Source: the human T2T-CHM13v2.0 reference genome, Homo sapiens. Taken from it: a stretch of DNA of 64,000 nucleotides. The notes beneath the pieces are model-generated. The model saw only the letters and a list, made by a program, of their open reading frames with translations, searched no databases and was not told where the DNA came from. The position numbers and the translations under genes were made by a program. The stretch is taken from assembly GCF_009914755.1 (NCBI RefSeq), contig NC_060941.1, one strand, 5' to 3'. Of this stretch, positions 42,250 to 56,981 are shown piece by piece (the first letter of the stretch is position 1; every line of letters starts with the position of its first letter).

Positions 42250-43990
42250 ACCTCCTTCTCCTTCCATTGTAGGTTGTCTTTGTCTTGCCCGGCTTTGAGA
42301 AAAATCCAAGAATCCATCAAGAACTCCCTCATCTCCCACCATCACTCGTACCAACTCTCCACCATAAGCTCCCCTGCACTATGCCTTCCTTCCCACTACT
42401 ATGAATGAGGCATCTGTATTCCTGTCAAAGAACACCTCTCCACTTGCAGCTCAGGCCTCTCACCCTCCACCTTCCAAAATGCAATGGTCATGGATAGAGT
42501 TGAGCACTCACTCTCACATTCTTGAAATGTTCTCCCACCTGGTTTCCATGATGCCACAGGAGTGGAATCCCACCATCACTCAGCAAGCTCCTTCTGTCTC
42601 CATTGAGGATTTCTAGTTCCCTTCTTTTTTTTTTTTTATTTCCACACATCCCCAAAGTGATGGCAATCAGTTTTGTGGCTCTACATCTCATCAATTTGCC
42701 ACATCTAACTAGACTGACTTCTTTCCCAAAGTCCAAATACATATATCCAACTGCCAATATACTACATCTTTATTTGTATATCTAATAACCTCTCAAACTT
42801 TTCATGGTTCAAACAAACTCTTGACCTTACTCCATAAAATGTTCCTCTCTGGTCTCTTCCATCTCAGAAAGAGGCATCATCATTCATCGAATTGCCCAGT
42901 TCAAACATCTAACATCTCTTTCTTCTTCATTCAATATCTCCAGCCCATTATCCTCCCCAAACCCAGCATGATTTAACTTCTCTACACCACCAGCCTCCTC
43001 TAAGACATCAACATCTACTAACTGAACTACTGAACACCTGCTACTGGTCTCCCTGCTTCCACTCTTGTTCCCCTATGATATGATTTGGCTATGTCCCCAC
43101 CCAAATCTCAACTTGAATCGTAGCTCCCATAATCCCCACGTGTTGTGGGAGGGACCTGGTGGGAGGTAACTGAATCATGGGGGTGGGTTTTTCCCGTGCT
43201 GTTCTTATGATAGTGAATAAGTCTTACAAGATCTGATGGTTTTATAAAGGGCAGTTCCCCTGCACATGCTGTCTTGCCTGCTGCCATGTAAGACGTGCTT
43301 TGCTTCTCCTTCACCTTCCGCCATGAATGTGGAGACCTCCCCAGCCATGTGGAACTGTGAATCCATTAAACCTCTTTCCTTTATAAATTACCCAGTCTCG
43401 GGTATTTCTTCATAGCAGTATGAAAATGGACTAACACACCCTACAACTCCTTCTCCAAAGAGGACCCAGAGTGATTATTTTTAAACATGATCAGATTAAA
43501 TCATCCCCCTGCCTAACATTCCCCCCTCCATTTAGAAGCCAATGCCAGTTCCTTATGTTGGCCTGCAAATCCTCTTTGATCTGGCCCCTGCCTCCCCACA
43601 AGCCTTGGCCAGAGCAGCTCCCCACATCACCCACTGTGCCCGGCCACACTGGCCTTGCCTCTCTTCTTTAAAAACATCAAGCTTGTTCCCACCTCAGGGT
43701 CCTTCCCCAGCTACTGCCTCTGCCTGGGATGCATGTGTCCCTGATCTTCACATGGGTTGTTCCTGCTTAGAAGTCAGGATTCAGCCTAAATGTCAACTCC
43801 TCAGCCTTCCCTGACTATGTAACATCACCACCAGTCACTATCACATCTCCTATTTTAATACTCTGTCTAACACTATCCCTGCCTGACATTTCTTATGATT
43901 TACTCATTTATTTTCTCTTAACCAACTAGACTATAAGCCACATGACAGCGATGATCTCATCCATCACATTCATTGCTCTGTCCCCAGGCT
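42250..43990 (+). mobile_element. L2 fragments interrupted by a THE1 LTR
   Basis: Pyrimidine-rich L2 motifs (CTGGTCTCCCTGCTTCCAC, CCAGAGTGAT, CTCTGCCTGGGATGC). Confidence 0.6.
43076..43438 (+). mobile_element. THE1 (THE1C/D-like) solo LTR
   Basis: TG...CA ends, 363 bp, TGATATGATTTGGCTATGTCCCCACCCAAATCTC; 5-bp TSD CCCTA at 43071-43075 and 43439-43443. Confidence 0.92.
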
Positions 43991-45053
43991 CTTGGGTCAA
44001 AATCATCAGATAAATGGACGTTACTGCAATTGCCATAAGCAACTTCTCCTGGAATCCCCAGGGATCGCTGGAAATCCAAATATCCAGCAGCTGCACACTT
44101 GTATGGGACACAAATGAAAAACACAGACTGGCTCACTTGGCAGTAGCCACTACTAGAGAAGGTAAAATGGCAAAAGGTGGGACGTTATCCTGAAAAATAT
44201 GACAAACAAATAGGATTAAGGGAAAGGCCTGGGTTCAAATCCTAGCACTGCTCTTTACTGCTTTTAAGTGGGCAAATCCCTTGCCCTATCTCTCTCTGAG
44301 CCTTAAAGTTTTCCCCCATCCATAAAATGGGAATGATACATGTCCCAGTAGGTTTATTGTGAAGATTGAGTGCAGCATTGCAGTTGCCTGTTAAGGAGCA
44401 AGAATTCAAGCACATGGACCCGTGACAGTCCAGGATTCACACTTTGTTGAAAGAAGAAATGAAACCTTGTCTAACATGAAAAAGTCCATGGGACCTAAAT
44501 GTACCAAATTCTAACTCAAGCTCTACTCTGCTTTCCCTTCGAAACTCCATTTCTAGTCTCACCTTGTCCAATATGTGCTTTTACCAGGGCCAGGTGTCAT
44601 CACCGCCAAATATGGCTCCAGGGATATCTTCTGTATGTTGTTAACGGATGTTAGCTGCTCTTTCAAATGCATGGAGTTGCCTCCCTCATAATGATTATAA
44701 ATTCACACACATGGCCCCTCCTCTATACACCCTTCATATCTCCTTCCCTTCCAGGACGGCTCCAGTGATACTTCTTTTGAGAGGCTGGCCCAGGCCTCTA
44801 GGTGAAATAGACAGGCCCTCCTCTCTGCTCCCAAGTATCTTATCTGAACCTTATCTATCAAGGCCGTCTATCCCATTATGTGTTATTTAGTTGGGATGTG
44901 TCTCTCTCTCTTTCTCTTTCTCTTTCTCTCTCTCCCTCTCTCTCCTTAAATTGTGTTTTTAAGGCTCAGAAGTGAAATCCTTACATTCCAAGCAACTCTT
45001 GGCCCACTGGAAGGATAGACTGTGGTCAAAACCCAAGGCCAGATTTGCTTAAC

Positions 45054-45135
45054 TTGTTCTGATATCTTGCCTTCCTCTTCTCCCAGCTGAAAACTCTCTC
45101 TTAAAGTTCCTGGTGCAGCTCATTTCACTGGGTTC
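45054..45135 (-). other. CDRT4: Probable 82-nt CDRT4 5' UTR exon; coding (EPSEMSCTRNFKREFSAGRRGRQDIRT) in TVP23C-CDRT4 readthrough
   Basis: Acceptor TTCTGTGTTTCTCAG and donor GTTAAG; purine-rich body; the translation resembles my recollection of the readthrough C-terminus. Confidence 0.65.
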
Positions 45136-47472
45136 CTGAGAAACACAGAATGAGGAAGGTTAACTGGCAACATTTTAATATAATGTAACTAAGATGAATG
45201 ATTTGGGAGTGGAGGGAGAATTGACACTTAAATACATAAAAAATTGTTGCCTATAATTAAAAATTAAATAGCAATTGTCCATTCCCCAGACGTCACAAAA
45301 GAGGCCTCTTGAAATTGGGCAGAAACCTTTAATTATTCATTTCAAATGAGTCTTTCTAGGCACAAAGATACCCCAATAGTATACAATGAAACATAACTAT
45401 CCACATAGAAAATATGTGTGGGTAACATGCCAGGAAATCCTGAAGTTCTGACAAAAGAAGTTTTTGTTGAGTCAGAAATCCAATTAAACAAAAAGGGTTT
45501 TAATGTGTCTTCTTGGCATGGTGGAGGGATGTGTCAAATACTTTTAAAATCCGGGAACGGGCCCTTCATGGAGCGTGTTCTGTGGCATCCTCTCCCCAAC
45601 AAAGGCCTGGCCTTTAAAAACCACCCTCGTGCAGCATTGCAGAAAAACCACCCTCTCTTTACTGTTCTAGTGAGGTTCTGCAATATTATTGTGTATGGAT
45701 TTCAGTATCTGAAGACGGCAATTGATAGGAGAATTCACCAAAGTTCCCAAAACAGTAAAACTGCGTATTAAACAATTGTTTTGGGGAAAGTGTAGCATGG
45801 AATTCAGAGCACGAGTTCAAGACAGGTCAGTGACTTAGCTGCGTGACCAGGAACAAGGAACAAGACAGTTAAAATTCAGAAGCCTCCGTGTTCTTATCTG
45901 TAAAACAGAGGCAGTAAGAGAAACTATCCTTGGAGTGCCATGAGGATTTCATGAGATAATTCATATACAGCACTGGGCAGAGGGCACAGGGCACAGGCAC
46001 ATGGTAAGAGCCTATTGGCTGGACTGTTATCATCATTAATATGCAGGATGGCAATGTCTGCTGCAATGCCAAAACAATGCAGTCCAATGTTCAGGCTGGA
46101 GAAATTAGTACCAAGACACATCTTGCCAAAACTGAGTCACTACGTTGAAGATCAGGGAAGGGACTGAAGTCATGGGAGGTCAGAAGACATGCTCAGGGGA
46201 CCCTTCAACACAACTGCTGCCACAGTGCTGTCCCTACATCTCACCCATCCCTCCCCAGCCACACTACTTTTCACATCCCAAGAGTCCTGTTTATACCATC
46301 TGCTCACCAAAAGGCACTCTGTAGAGCTCATCCCCCAGCCCAGGTGGGTCCCAGGCATCTAGGCCCACCTGCAGCCACATACATACACATGTTAACCGAG
46401 GGATGTTTCCAGCCAACAGGCAGCAATACACACAGGTGCACATATATACACAGCCCTGAGCAGAACATCCGTATAGTCACTGGCATGAGAAAGAGTCTAC
46501 GAGCCACACACACATGCTTGCATGAATGTGTACACACACAGGCACATGCATACACATACAGGCACACTCCTGTGTAACTCCCTAAGTCACCAGCCATGTC
46601 CGCTCTCCCTCACCCCAGCTTTGACATCCCTTGTCCCAGCTGAGTTCTATTTCTCTTCTCAGATCATTGCAGCCCTGGTGTAGAATGACTTAAGGAGCAA
46701 AACTGAGCCAAGAAGTCTCGCCAGATTCCTACTGGAAGTAATCTGGAGACTTAGATCTGCCAACAGCATCAAGGGGCTGTAGGGTAGAGCACAGAATTTG
46801 GAGGTAGGAGAACTCACGTTGAAACCCACCTTCACCTCGGTATGTCCCATCTTGAGCAAGTTCCTTAGTCTTTCTGAAGCTCAGTTTCCTCATCCCCAAG
46901 GTGGGAAACATCCTGCCCCATAGTATGTTATGATGATCCAATTGATGTAAGTAAAAGTATTCCATGATCCATAAGGAGCTTTGTAACCGTTAGCTTTTCT
47001 GGTAAACACCAAGAACCCTGAACTATTGGTATACATTCTATTCTATGATTTATGACTGGGGGTTCATTCTGGAAACAAGAAAACTAGATAACAAGGGCAT
47101 GCAACGTGAGGACTAGATGAACTCTAGAGAGAACAAAAGTGTCACGTTGTTCAGAGAATGACAGGGACCACAGAGAAAAGGAAAACAAGTGTGGATGCTG
47201 TCTTGGGCTCATCTGCTTTCCTTGGAGTGGAGCTGGGATGGGATGGGAGAGTGGAGGGTAAATGTAACAATTAATAGCTTAGAAACTCAGAATTTTTTGC
47301 CCCTGAGAAGTCTCTAGATGCTATGCCAACAAAGCTATCTACCTCCCAAGAGGAGTAAGGGTAAACATGGAAATCGTTTTCCTCTGCCCCTCACAACTCA
47401 CATCTTAACAGAACTGCAAAGGTGACAGAGCCAATAGGATGAATGGCAATTGGGCCCATAAGGCCTATCCTA

Positions 47473-48052
47473 GGCAGGCTGCAAGATGGCTTCCAATAAT
47501 CTCACCTCTTGGTATTCACATCCTTGTGAAATCCCCTCCCCTGAGTATGAACTGCATCTAATGACTCACTTCTAATAAACAGAATATGGTCTAAGTGATG
47601 GAATGTCACTTCTGAGATTAGGTCACAAAAAAAGTTGGCTTCCATCTTGAGCACTCTCTTACACTCTCTTTCTCGTTCATCTTAAGGGAAGCCAGCTGCC
47701 ATGTTACAAACTGCCCTATGGAGAGGCCCATGTGGCAAGGAACTAAGGGAGTTTTCCAGCCAAGAGGCAGCAAGAAACTAGGGTTTTTAGTTCAACAGCC
47801 TGTGAGGAGCTTAATCTTGCCAATATCCATGTGAGTGAATTTGGAAGTGGATTCTCCTCCTGTTGAGCCTTCAGATGAGACCACATCCTTGGCCAAAATC
47901 ATGACTGTAGCCTCATGGAGAGACTCTGAGACAGAGGCAGACAGCTAAGGCATACCCAGGTTCCTGGCCCACAGAAACTGAGATAACAAATATTTGTTTA
48001 AAGCAACTAACCTTTGGAGTGCTTTGTTACCCACCAAGGGATAACCAATAAA
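47473..48052 (+). mobile_element. MaLR LTR (MLT1F-like)
   Basis: AAGATGGCTTCCAAT...GGAATGTCACTTCTGAGATTAGG...GAGAGGCCCATGTGGCAAGGAACT...GAGCCTTCAGATGAGACC. Confidence 0.85.
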
Positions 48053-48610
48053 AAGCCCCTAGCAGACCTATCAAGGAAAAATCTCACCCACAAAACTGAG
48101 ACAGAGAAAGACTTCTACTCTGGCAGCAGTGGGAGAAATTTCACTGCATAATTCCTTCTTCCCCATTCCATCTCCAGAGGACACCATTTCTACTAAAGTA
48201 AGGGAACCTATGTAAGTAAAGAATTTAGGCCTATAACATACTACAAAAATGAAGCTGCCCTTCCAACAAAGCAGATTTTGACAAGGTCATTTTGACACAG
48301 TGGATATACTAATATGACTAGAGGGGTTGCAGGTGGGGTATGGATGTAGGGCAAGATACGGGGGGAAGGCTCAGAGATGGAGTTAGGGTACTTGCCTTAC
48401 ACATTACTGGAGAGGTATAGAGATCTGACATTTTCATGGTTTCTTTTGAAAACTAAGTAAAAATGTTCTTGGCACCAAAATGACTTTGTGAAAGTAGCCA
48501 GATCAAAGTGTCAGGTTCTGTCATAGGACTATTTTATTCAACCCTACTACATAAACACTGTTTGGACTCCACCTAGGCACTGAAGCCAGGAAGATTGCCG
48601 CTAATCTTCC

Positions 48611-48613
<3 letters not shown>

Positions 48614-48647
<34 letters not shown>
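48614..48647. repeat. (CA)n microsatellite
   Basis: About 17 perfect units. Confidence 0.97.
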
Positions 48648-48649
<2 letters not shown>

Positions 48650-50849
48650 CTCAGGAGTAGGTTTCCAGAATCCAACAGCACGGGGTCTAGAATGGAGTAA
48701 GTTTTAAGGCCATCACCTGTCACATGCCTGACTTGGATTTGGGCTGTTCTGATTCAGAGGCTGACAGCTGCCTGCCTAGAGACTGGCGCCCCACCAAAGA
48801 CTCTGTGGAGCCCTGGTCATCATGGGGTCCTATGGGAGTTTTCCCTGAATTGCTCACCAATCCAGAACACAAGAACGCAGAAACTATTGTGCATGGTGGA
48901 CCCAAAGAGTGCCTTTAATTTGGAATCGATCCTGTTTGTTTTCTGAAGCTCTCTGCATTGTTAAAGCCATTGATTTACCAACATTTAATAAAGAGGAGAA
49001 TGTTTCCTAAACCTCTGCAAGGTTGTGTGGTCAGAGATGGGATTACGCACTGCTCAGCACCAAGAGATCGAACCAGATGCACTAGGGACGAGCCCTTCCA
49101 GTCCAACATCTCAGCCCTCGCGCTACTTTGCCTCTGTACCTCGGTTTCCTCCTGGGTAAAAATGAGGATTGAGGTCTGCTGCACCCTGTCTCCCTTCCAG
49201 CTCGAACCTCCTGCATGTCTCTGAAACCTCTTGGCACAGCAGTCCCCAGGAAATGGAATGTACTGAAGTTTCCTAATGTCCCACCAAATGAATTCCTTAT
49301 GAGCCCGACTTCTGGGTTTGTACTCACCAAGAAAACACTGCAAGCCCTGACCTTCCAAAAACTCAGCTTGTTCTCATTCCCGGATGCGTTTTCAAAAGAG
49401 AAAAGCTAACTTTTGCCCTCTAGGGTGGGAAATGTGAAAGGCACAAGTGCAGAGCTCTGTGAATTGAGACCACAACAAACCCTGCCTGGGCATGGAGCCC
49501 ACAGAGCGGGCGCTAAACAGCCTTTGCAACCACAGAGTGGATATTCTAGACGCAGAAGGTGCCCAGATGGGCCCTGCTTTCATTCTCTTGCCAACTGCCG
49601 TAAACCTGTTTCTGTCCCGTTGGAGCTGCAACGTGGAGCCAGAAATCTGGAAGAATTTAACACCCAGTCAATTCAGACACAGGAAAACATTGTTCAAAGT
49701 AAACACTGGAATCCCTCCCTCATCATCCAGGAATGTGGAGCCAGCAGGGTCTGAGCTCAGCAGCTTCTCAAAAAAGCCCCCCTGAGCTGCTTTGCTTTTG
49801 GGGCCACAGACAGGGAGGGCCAGGAGGGGCTCCACATGCTCCACACGCTGCCAAGACAGGGACGAGGCTAGGAGGTCAGTGCACGGGGCTTCTCCTCTCC
49901 CAGGGAAACATGGGCAGTGTTGTCCACAGCCTCCAGCTAAAGAACCCTCTGTTCCCCCACAGGACCCAGCTTGTGTGCAAAGGCCGCTGAACTTGTGAAA
50001 GCCCGAAGGAAACAGAGAGGGGCTCAGGACGCTGTGAGACTTTTCCATTTCCTTTGCCTCCCAGCAGGCCGTGAAAGAGTCACTTTTCCTTGAGGAAGAA
50101 AGAAGGCTCTGTGTGCAGGGCAAGGGTACAGTCCTTCTAACCAAAAGATGTGTGTGCTGCATGGGATGTGGCCACCGACATTCATTTCGCTTTTACTGGG
50201 ACTTAACGAATTCCATCTCTCAATAGCCATATGCCAGGGTCCCACCCTGTTTCCTCTGGCTCTGGAGGGTGGAGAGGAAGGACTTGCTTTACCCAGGGGT
50301 CTATAAGGAATCTTGGAAAGACACTGCCCCTTAAATCACTTCTGTGTCACTGTGTCACCTTTGTGTCACTGTGTCCCTCTGCCTAAAATTCCACCTAAAT
50401 TCCATTCATGAAGATGCAGGCCTGAACTGAATTGTTGGAAGATTTCTCACAGTCAGAGTGGAGGGGGGAACCTTCACATTAGGAACGTTCAAGGAGAAGA
50501 ATGAAGAGAGTCCAAAGATGACCACTTGGCCACCAGAAGCTCTGAGTAGAGTCCTACTCAGTAGCGGGGCTGCTGGGCGGCAGCAGAGGCAAGTCGGGTC
50601 ATTGTGAAGAGGCCCAAGAAACAAACCACTAAATGTCCAGCATGACAGTCTGTCTCATCCTGGCCTTCACTCCTGTATCCCCGTGACAGCCACGGTGTTC
50701 ACCCATTCCTGAACCCTGAGGGATACACCACCGAAGGCTTATTAATCCACTCATTTAATCTGAATTATTGAGGGCCTCCTACTGAGCCAGGTGAGCAGGA
50801 GGGATACTGTCCCTGCTGTGGGGGAGCCTGTATAATCCAGACAGAGGCT

Positions 50850-51032
50850 GTCAAGGGGTGGTTCTGGGATCACCATCACCAGCAGCAGCAACACCAGGGA
50901 GTTTGTTGGAAATGCAATTCATTGGATCCCACCTTAGCCTACTGAACTAGAAGCTCTGCAGGCTGGGCCCAGCAATCTATTTTCACAAGCCTTCCTGGGG
51001 ATTCTGTTGCTCATGAAAATTTAAGGACCATT
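50850..51032. mobile_element. MER5A-like MITE
   Basis: GAAATGCAATTC...CCTACTGAACTAGAAGCTCTG...GGCCCAGCAATCT. Confidence 0.65.
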
Positions 51033-51479
51033 GAGCAGGTCTGTCACTGCCTCACTTGGTAATAAAGAAAATCTGCAATTTTCATGATTTGCCTTGGGGA
51101 GGTCACAGAAATGGCGTGAGGGCTCCTATGCTCCTAGACTCAGAACAGCTATGCCAAACTGTGCTGTCATTTGGAAATTTTTGGTTCCAGTTTCAGGAAC
51201 ACTTTTTCTACCTCAGTTTGGCCACTGTTTCATGGTGATTTCTAAAACTTTTTTTGCAGAAGAGGCAGGAACCTCCCCTCCACTCATGAACAACAAGACA
51301 AATGGGGCTTCTTTTGACTTGTAGCACCCACCCCAACAGGGGCTCTGCCATCCTTTCTGAAGGTGGCTCTGAGAAGGCCATTTGCACTGTTGTCTTCAGG
51401 CCCCTCCCCACACTGTTCTCTCACTCTTGATAGGTGTCAAGGAACGTATACAGCCAGGCTTCTCTATTGAGTTGATTTC

Positions 51480-51795
51480 TTTTTTTTTCTTTTTTTTTTT
51501 TTTTTTTTTTGTGAGACAGAGTCTCGCTCTGTCACCTAGGCTGGAGTGCAGTGGCGCGATCGCAGCTTCCTGCAAGCTCCGCCTCCTGGATTCACGCCAT
51601 TCTCCTGCCTCAGCCTCCTGAGTAGCTGGGACAACAGGCACCCGCCACCACGCCTGGCTAATTTTTTTTGTATTTTTAGTAGAGACAGGGTTTCACTGTG
51701 TTAGCCAGGATGGTCTCGATCTCCTGACCTCGTGATCCGCCCGCCTCGGCCTCCCAAAGTGCTGGGATTACAGGCATGAGCCACCGTGCCCAGCC
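51480..51795 (-). mobile_element. Alu (AluY-like)
   Basis: TSD TCTAYTGAGTTSATTTCT; AluY diagnostics. Confidence 0.95.
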
Positions 51796-53547
51796 TCTAC
51801 TGAGTTCATTTCTAAAGAGATGCACCAACCAATGAGGTAGAATTCCATTCATTCACTCAGCAGATGACTTCCATGCTGCCATACGGAATGATCTCCTTTG
51901 CCTCTTCTGCTTATCTCATCTGACCTGTTGGCAAGGGAGCCAGCAGGCCCCTTTCTCCTGAGTCCCAGCACCTCATAGGCCTCTCTTCTCAGGCCCCATG
52001 CTGGCCCCTGCTCCTCTGCTCCACTTAGGGTGAGGGAGCCCCTGTCCCAGGCACCCTTCACGTCTTCATCTGCAAACTCATCACAGTGCCCCAACTCCCA
52101 AAAGTGTGTTTCTAGCCATGGGCTCTTCCCTGAACTGCACGCTCTTATATCCAATCCCTGCCAGACATCTCCTCAAAGATAGTTTATAGGTACCTCAACC
52201 TACCTCATTCAAACAGCTCCTGACACCTCTCTCTCCCACCACATTCAAAACCTGCTTCCCCACTGGCCTTCTTCCAGTTTGTTAACCAGCACCCCTAATG
52301 AACCTGTTGCCAAAAAACTAGGAATCTTCTTTTCCTCTTTCCCTCATCTTCAAAATCCAATTTATTATCAAATCATGTCAACTCAACCTGTAATTGTCTT
52401 AAATCCTTCGTTCTCTTTATTCTACAATTATGACAACTACTACTGCTGCTAATAATAATATAAAAATAACTCACACTATAGGTGTTTATGTTTTATACTT
52501 ATTAACCCATTGAGCCTTCCCAGCAAACCTGTGCATTAAGTGCTGGATTATTCCCTCTTACAGAGGGTAAAATTGAGGCATATAAATGTTCAGTGACTTC
52601 CTGAAAGCCACACATCTAATACAGTGGAAGCAGAATTCCACGTGATCAAACATGTTGCCCCAGTGCTGCCCCCATATCCGCCTGGTTGCCCCCACAGCCT
52701 CCAAACTGGCCTCCCTGCTCCCACACTTGCCCCCTGTGTAATCTGTTTTGTCCACACAGCAGCCAGAGTGATCTTTCTAAAACCTGCACCAGTACACACC
52801 ACTCCCCAACACAAACATCCCTTTCCAAGGGTTTCCTCAGAGCCCTTGGGATGAAATCCAAACTCCTTCCATGGCTGCCTCTGTCCACCTCTTAGATCTC
52901 TCTGTTTCTGTCTCTCTCCCTCCCTCCCCCGCCTTCCCCACCGCCAACCACCCTCCAGCCACAGTGTCCTCCTGTCAGTCCTCAAACTCACCAAACTCCA
53001 ACCATTCCCTCCCTCCAGATTGACTTTCGCAGATTTTTACATAGCTGGTGTTTGATCATTTAAATCTTAGCTCAATGTTGCCTTCTCAGAAAGGCTTTTT
53101 CTAACTTCCTACTCTAAACTAGCCACTCAATCCAAATCTATCACATCACCTTGTTCTGTTTCCCCGACAGCACTTATTGCTATCTGAAATTATTTTACAT
53201 TTGTTTGTTTATGATTTATTTTCTGCCTGCCCTCTTAGAACTTGAATTCCATGAAAGGAAGGAACTGTTCTGTCTTTTCTGTCATGTATATCCCAGGACC
53301 TAAAACTATAATACAGAGCTCTGTGCCAGGCATAGGGATAGCAAGGCGAAGGCAGCAGAATCCCTGCCCTTAAGGAAGTCGGCCTCTGCAGTTCCGCTAC
53401 AGCATGCGGGCTGCCACAAGGACAGGAGTGATTCCTCACCCAGCCTAGGAATGCTGGGAAGACTTCCTGGGGTAGATGACTTGAGTTTATTTTATTTCAA
53501 CATTTATTCTGGACCAGACCTGCCAGTTACAGTGACGGATGAGACCA

Positions 53548-53732
53548 GTGGTCTGCTTCCTTAGTACCAGTATCACCTAGAGAGCCTTTTAAAGCACAGA
53601 CTCCTGGGTCTCATGCCCAGAGTTTCTAATTCTGGAGTAAGACCTGGAGTAAGCACCAGGAATCTGCATCTCTAACAGGTCTCCAGGTGAAGACCAGTGT
53701 CATCTAGGGACCACATTTTGAGAACCACCAGA
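53548..53732. mobile_element. MER5A-like MITE
   Basis: ATCACCTAGAGAGC...GAATCTGCATCTCTAACAGG...CCACATTTTGAGAACCAC. Confidence 0.7.
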
Positions 53733-54197
53733 TTGGACCATTTTCTTGCCACAGATCACCATCAGTATGGCTCAGTGCAATGCTGTGCGCCATTTGCTTT
53801 GATAGGAATATAGGCTATATATAAATATAGGCTACAGATAAAAGGTATCAGTAGGTACTTCTTGGAGGAGCTGGAACCTAGGTTTCATTTTGAATAATAA
53901 GTAGGCATTACTGAAGGGATGAAAAACAGAAAAAACTTGAGGAAAAGGACAAAGTAGTATGTAGTCTTAAAAATTAAAATATATTTCAATATTGCTGAAG
54001 CATAAAGCATAAAACAAAGACTGGCCGAAGGTGAGACTGAAGTAAACAGCAGATTCGAGTCCCTTAAAAAATTAGTAGCAGGAGGCCAGGCTGCATAAAA
54101 GCCAGGTGAGCACAGCACACTTAGGGAACTGCAGAAATGGCTAATACAGAGGGTGCTCAAGGGTCAGGGGAGAGGTCTCTAGCAAGAAAAGATTCTA

Positions 54198-54501
54198 GGC
54201 CGGGCGTGGTGGCTCACGCCTGTAATCCCAGCACTTTGGGAGGCCGAGGCAGGCAGATCACGAGGTCAGGAGATCGAGACCATCCTGACTAACACGGTGA
54301 AACCCAGTCTCTACTAAAAATACAAAAAATTAGCCAGCCGTGGTGGCGGGCACCTGTAGTCCCAGCTACTCGGGAGGCTGAGTCAGGAGAATGGCGTTAA
54401 CCCAGGAGGCAGAGCTTGCAGTGAGCCGAGATCACACCACTGCACTCCAGCCTGGGCAACAGAGTGAGACTCCATCTCAAAAAAAAAAAAAAAAAAAAAA
54501 A
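54198..54501 (+). mobile_element. Alu (AluY/Sc-like)
   Basis: TSD AAAAGATTCTA. Confidence 0.95.
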
Positions 54502-54599
54502 GATTCTAAAGAAAAGTAGAAGTCAAACCATGAAGGGACCCTACTTTGGGGCTGGGTCCTATGGGGAAACAGAGGGTTCCTTAGCTGGACACTGCAGAC

Positions 54600-55030
54600 A
54601 GAATTGCCCATATATATGGGCATTCATTCAGAAGAATACTATACAGCAATGAAAAGGAACAGGCTACACCTATTGCAGCCACATGAATGAATCACACAAA
54701 CATAATGCTGAGTGAAAGAAGCCAGGCACAAAAGAGTAAACATGAGTCGATTTACATAAAGTTCAAAAACAGGCAAAATATAGGGTTTAGAAATACATTT
54801 AGTGTAAAGCAAGTGTGTGACTTCCATAAATTCAGGAGAGTAGTGACCTCTGAGGATTAGAGAAAGGGGTTATCGATGGGAGAAGGAAGGAGGGAGGTTT
54901 CTAGAAGCTAGCAGTGTTGCATTTCTTGTCATGGGTGACTGTTACTGAGTGTTCACTTTAGACACATCACCAAGATGTAAGCTGTATGCCTCGCTTTGAG
55001 CACTTCATATTTCAAATTTGTTTTTTTAAA
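54600..55030 (+). mobile_element. Ancient L1ME-like 3' end
   Basis: ATACTATACAGCAATGAAAAGGAAC...ATGAATCACACAAACATAATGCTGAGTGAAAGAAGCCAG. Confidence 0.75.
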
Positions 55031-56981
55031 GATAAAGATATTAAGATAGTTGAGCAGGAGATGGGGGTGGGAGGAGGTGGACAGGAATGGAACAAAAACT
55101 GCTAGAAGGAGGGAAATGAAGATTGTCGAGATGACTGCAGGGCTATGCATGCGTGTGTGGGTGTGAGTGTGCCATTCTCTTCAGCATCAGTCAAGAGCCC
55201 TGGATTCAGGGTAAGGAGAGAAGATCAGGCGTGTTGGGAAACAATGGGGAAGTGGGTAGGGGAGGGCTAGGGTTTTTATGAGTTGGGCTGAAATTTTGGA
55301 TCACTGGGCCGGGGTGGAGAACGCAAAGCCTGGAGATGTGCCACCAGGCAGCTGCACCTATCAAAGAAAGACTCCACCATCAAACACTGACTTTTAGGCT
55401 GTAATTAGCAAGTTGGCTCGTGTCTCTCTAAGGCCAAAAGTAAGTGTCTAAAACCAGAACAAAATCATTCTTTCCCATGTTCCTAAAAACCTTAAATACA
55501 AAGGTAAAATAAACATTTATTTTAGAAATAAACAATGAAAACTGAAAAGCAAAGTAGGCCAACTATTTCCCAGGCAGCAGGCCTGACCTGCTACAAATTC
55601 TTGGTGTCCGGTTTCAGCTAGGCACTCACTGTAACTTGGCCAAATTTTCCTCGTTGACTTTCCCGGCACATTCCATGCAGCTCCACCCTCTGTGAGCCAT
55701 GAAGCTGCTCCCAGCTGCCCTCTCTGCGGTGGGCTCTCCACTCTCCACTGTGCCATGTGCCAGAGGCTATGCTAGCTGATTCCAACCTAAAGTATCTCCT
55801 CCTTAACACCGTCTTCTGAGCATCCTCCCGCCTGCCCGTCTGTCATCAGAGATGTGGGTGGCCTGAGGAAATGGGGTCTGAGGGAGCCCCAGAAGGTCCT
55901 AGGGAAGATACAAGGCTGGGGTCTGGCCAGGGATCAGTAGCTGGTGGGGAAGTCTGAGCTGAGACTAACAAGCTGGGTGAAATCAGCAAGGGTCCAAGTC
56001 AGGCGGGCAGAGGAGCCGGCAAAGTGATATTCAAAGGTCAAGCAAGTAACAGAGTCAGAAGTCAGACAGAGCACGGGGACCAGGAACCCAATGCCCTCTA
56101 GGAGTATGGCATGGAGGGGCAGACCTCGAATGTTGGCATTAGGCAGTGCTAGGTTCGAGTCTTGCTTCTGACCAACTGTGTGACCTTGGGTAACTTATTA
56201 ACCTCTCTGGCCGCGTTTTTCTCTGGTGATGTGTCACTGAGCTTGGGGATAGGGCCAGGGATGGGGATGGAGATGCCAATGGGTAGATGTGGAGACCCCT
56301 ACGCCAGGCAAGCCTTCAGGTTTGAGAGCTGATGCATCCATACTCCAAATAGACCTTGAGCCCGTCAAAGGCAGAGACCAGCACCTGCCCTAGGCTTGGC
56401 CCCTGGCACAAGTCAAAGGAGGAAATGATTAGCACGGGTCCATGAGCATTACATATCACCCTCACTGCAGCAGCGGCTGCCTTTTCCGAGCTCGCTTCTT
56501 CCCTTCCCACCCCTTGCTAGTTGGAGCTGATTCCTGAGAGGCAGCACTAGATGCTGGGCATTAGCAATCTGAGAGCTGGGTAACAAGTCCTGGGGTGGGG
56601 TTTCTGTGTCCTTTCCTGTGCCCTCACCCCAATCTCTGCTGGTGCACCTCCCTGGCAGCTTCCCTCTGCTCCCCTCTCCAGCACTTTTCCAAATGTCCCT
56701 CCTTATGCACCCTTCCCCTTCTGCTTTCAAACCTTGCCAAGTCTCCCCTCCTCTAAACAATTCTTCCATTGACCCCCAAGCTTCCGTTACTTGTATTTTG
56801 CTCCTTTTCTCTGCCAAAATCCCCCAGCGAATGGCCCATACCAGCGGTTGCTCTTTCACTCACTCCAGCCTGGCATCCACACTCGCAGCTCTGCTGACAG
56901 CCAGCACAGAAAGGAACCAGCAGGGATACGGGAACAGAGGCACAGACATCAAGCAGGGTTCAAGAAAGTGCAAGTGGGTGC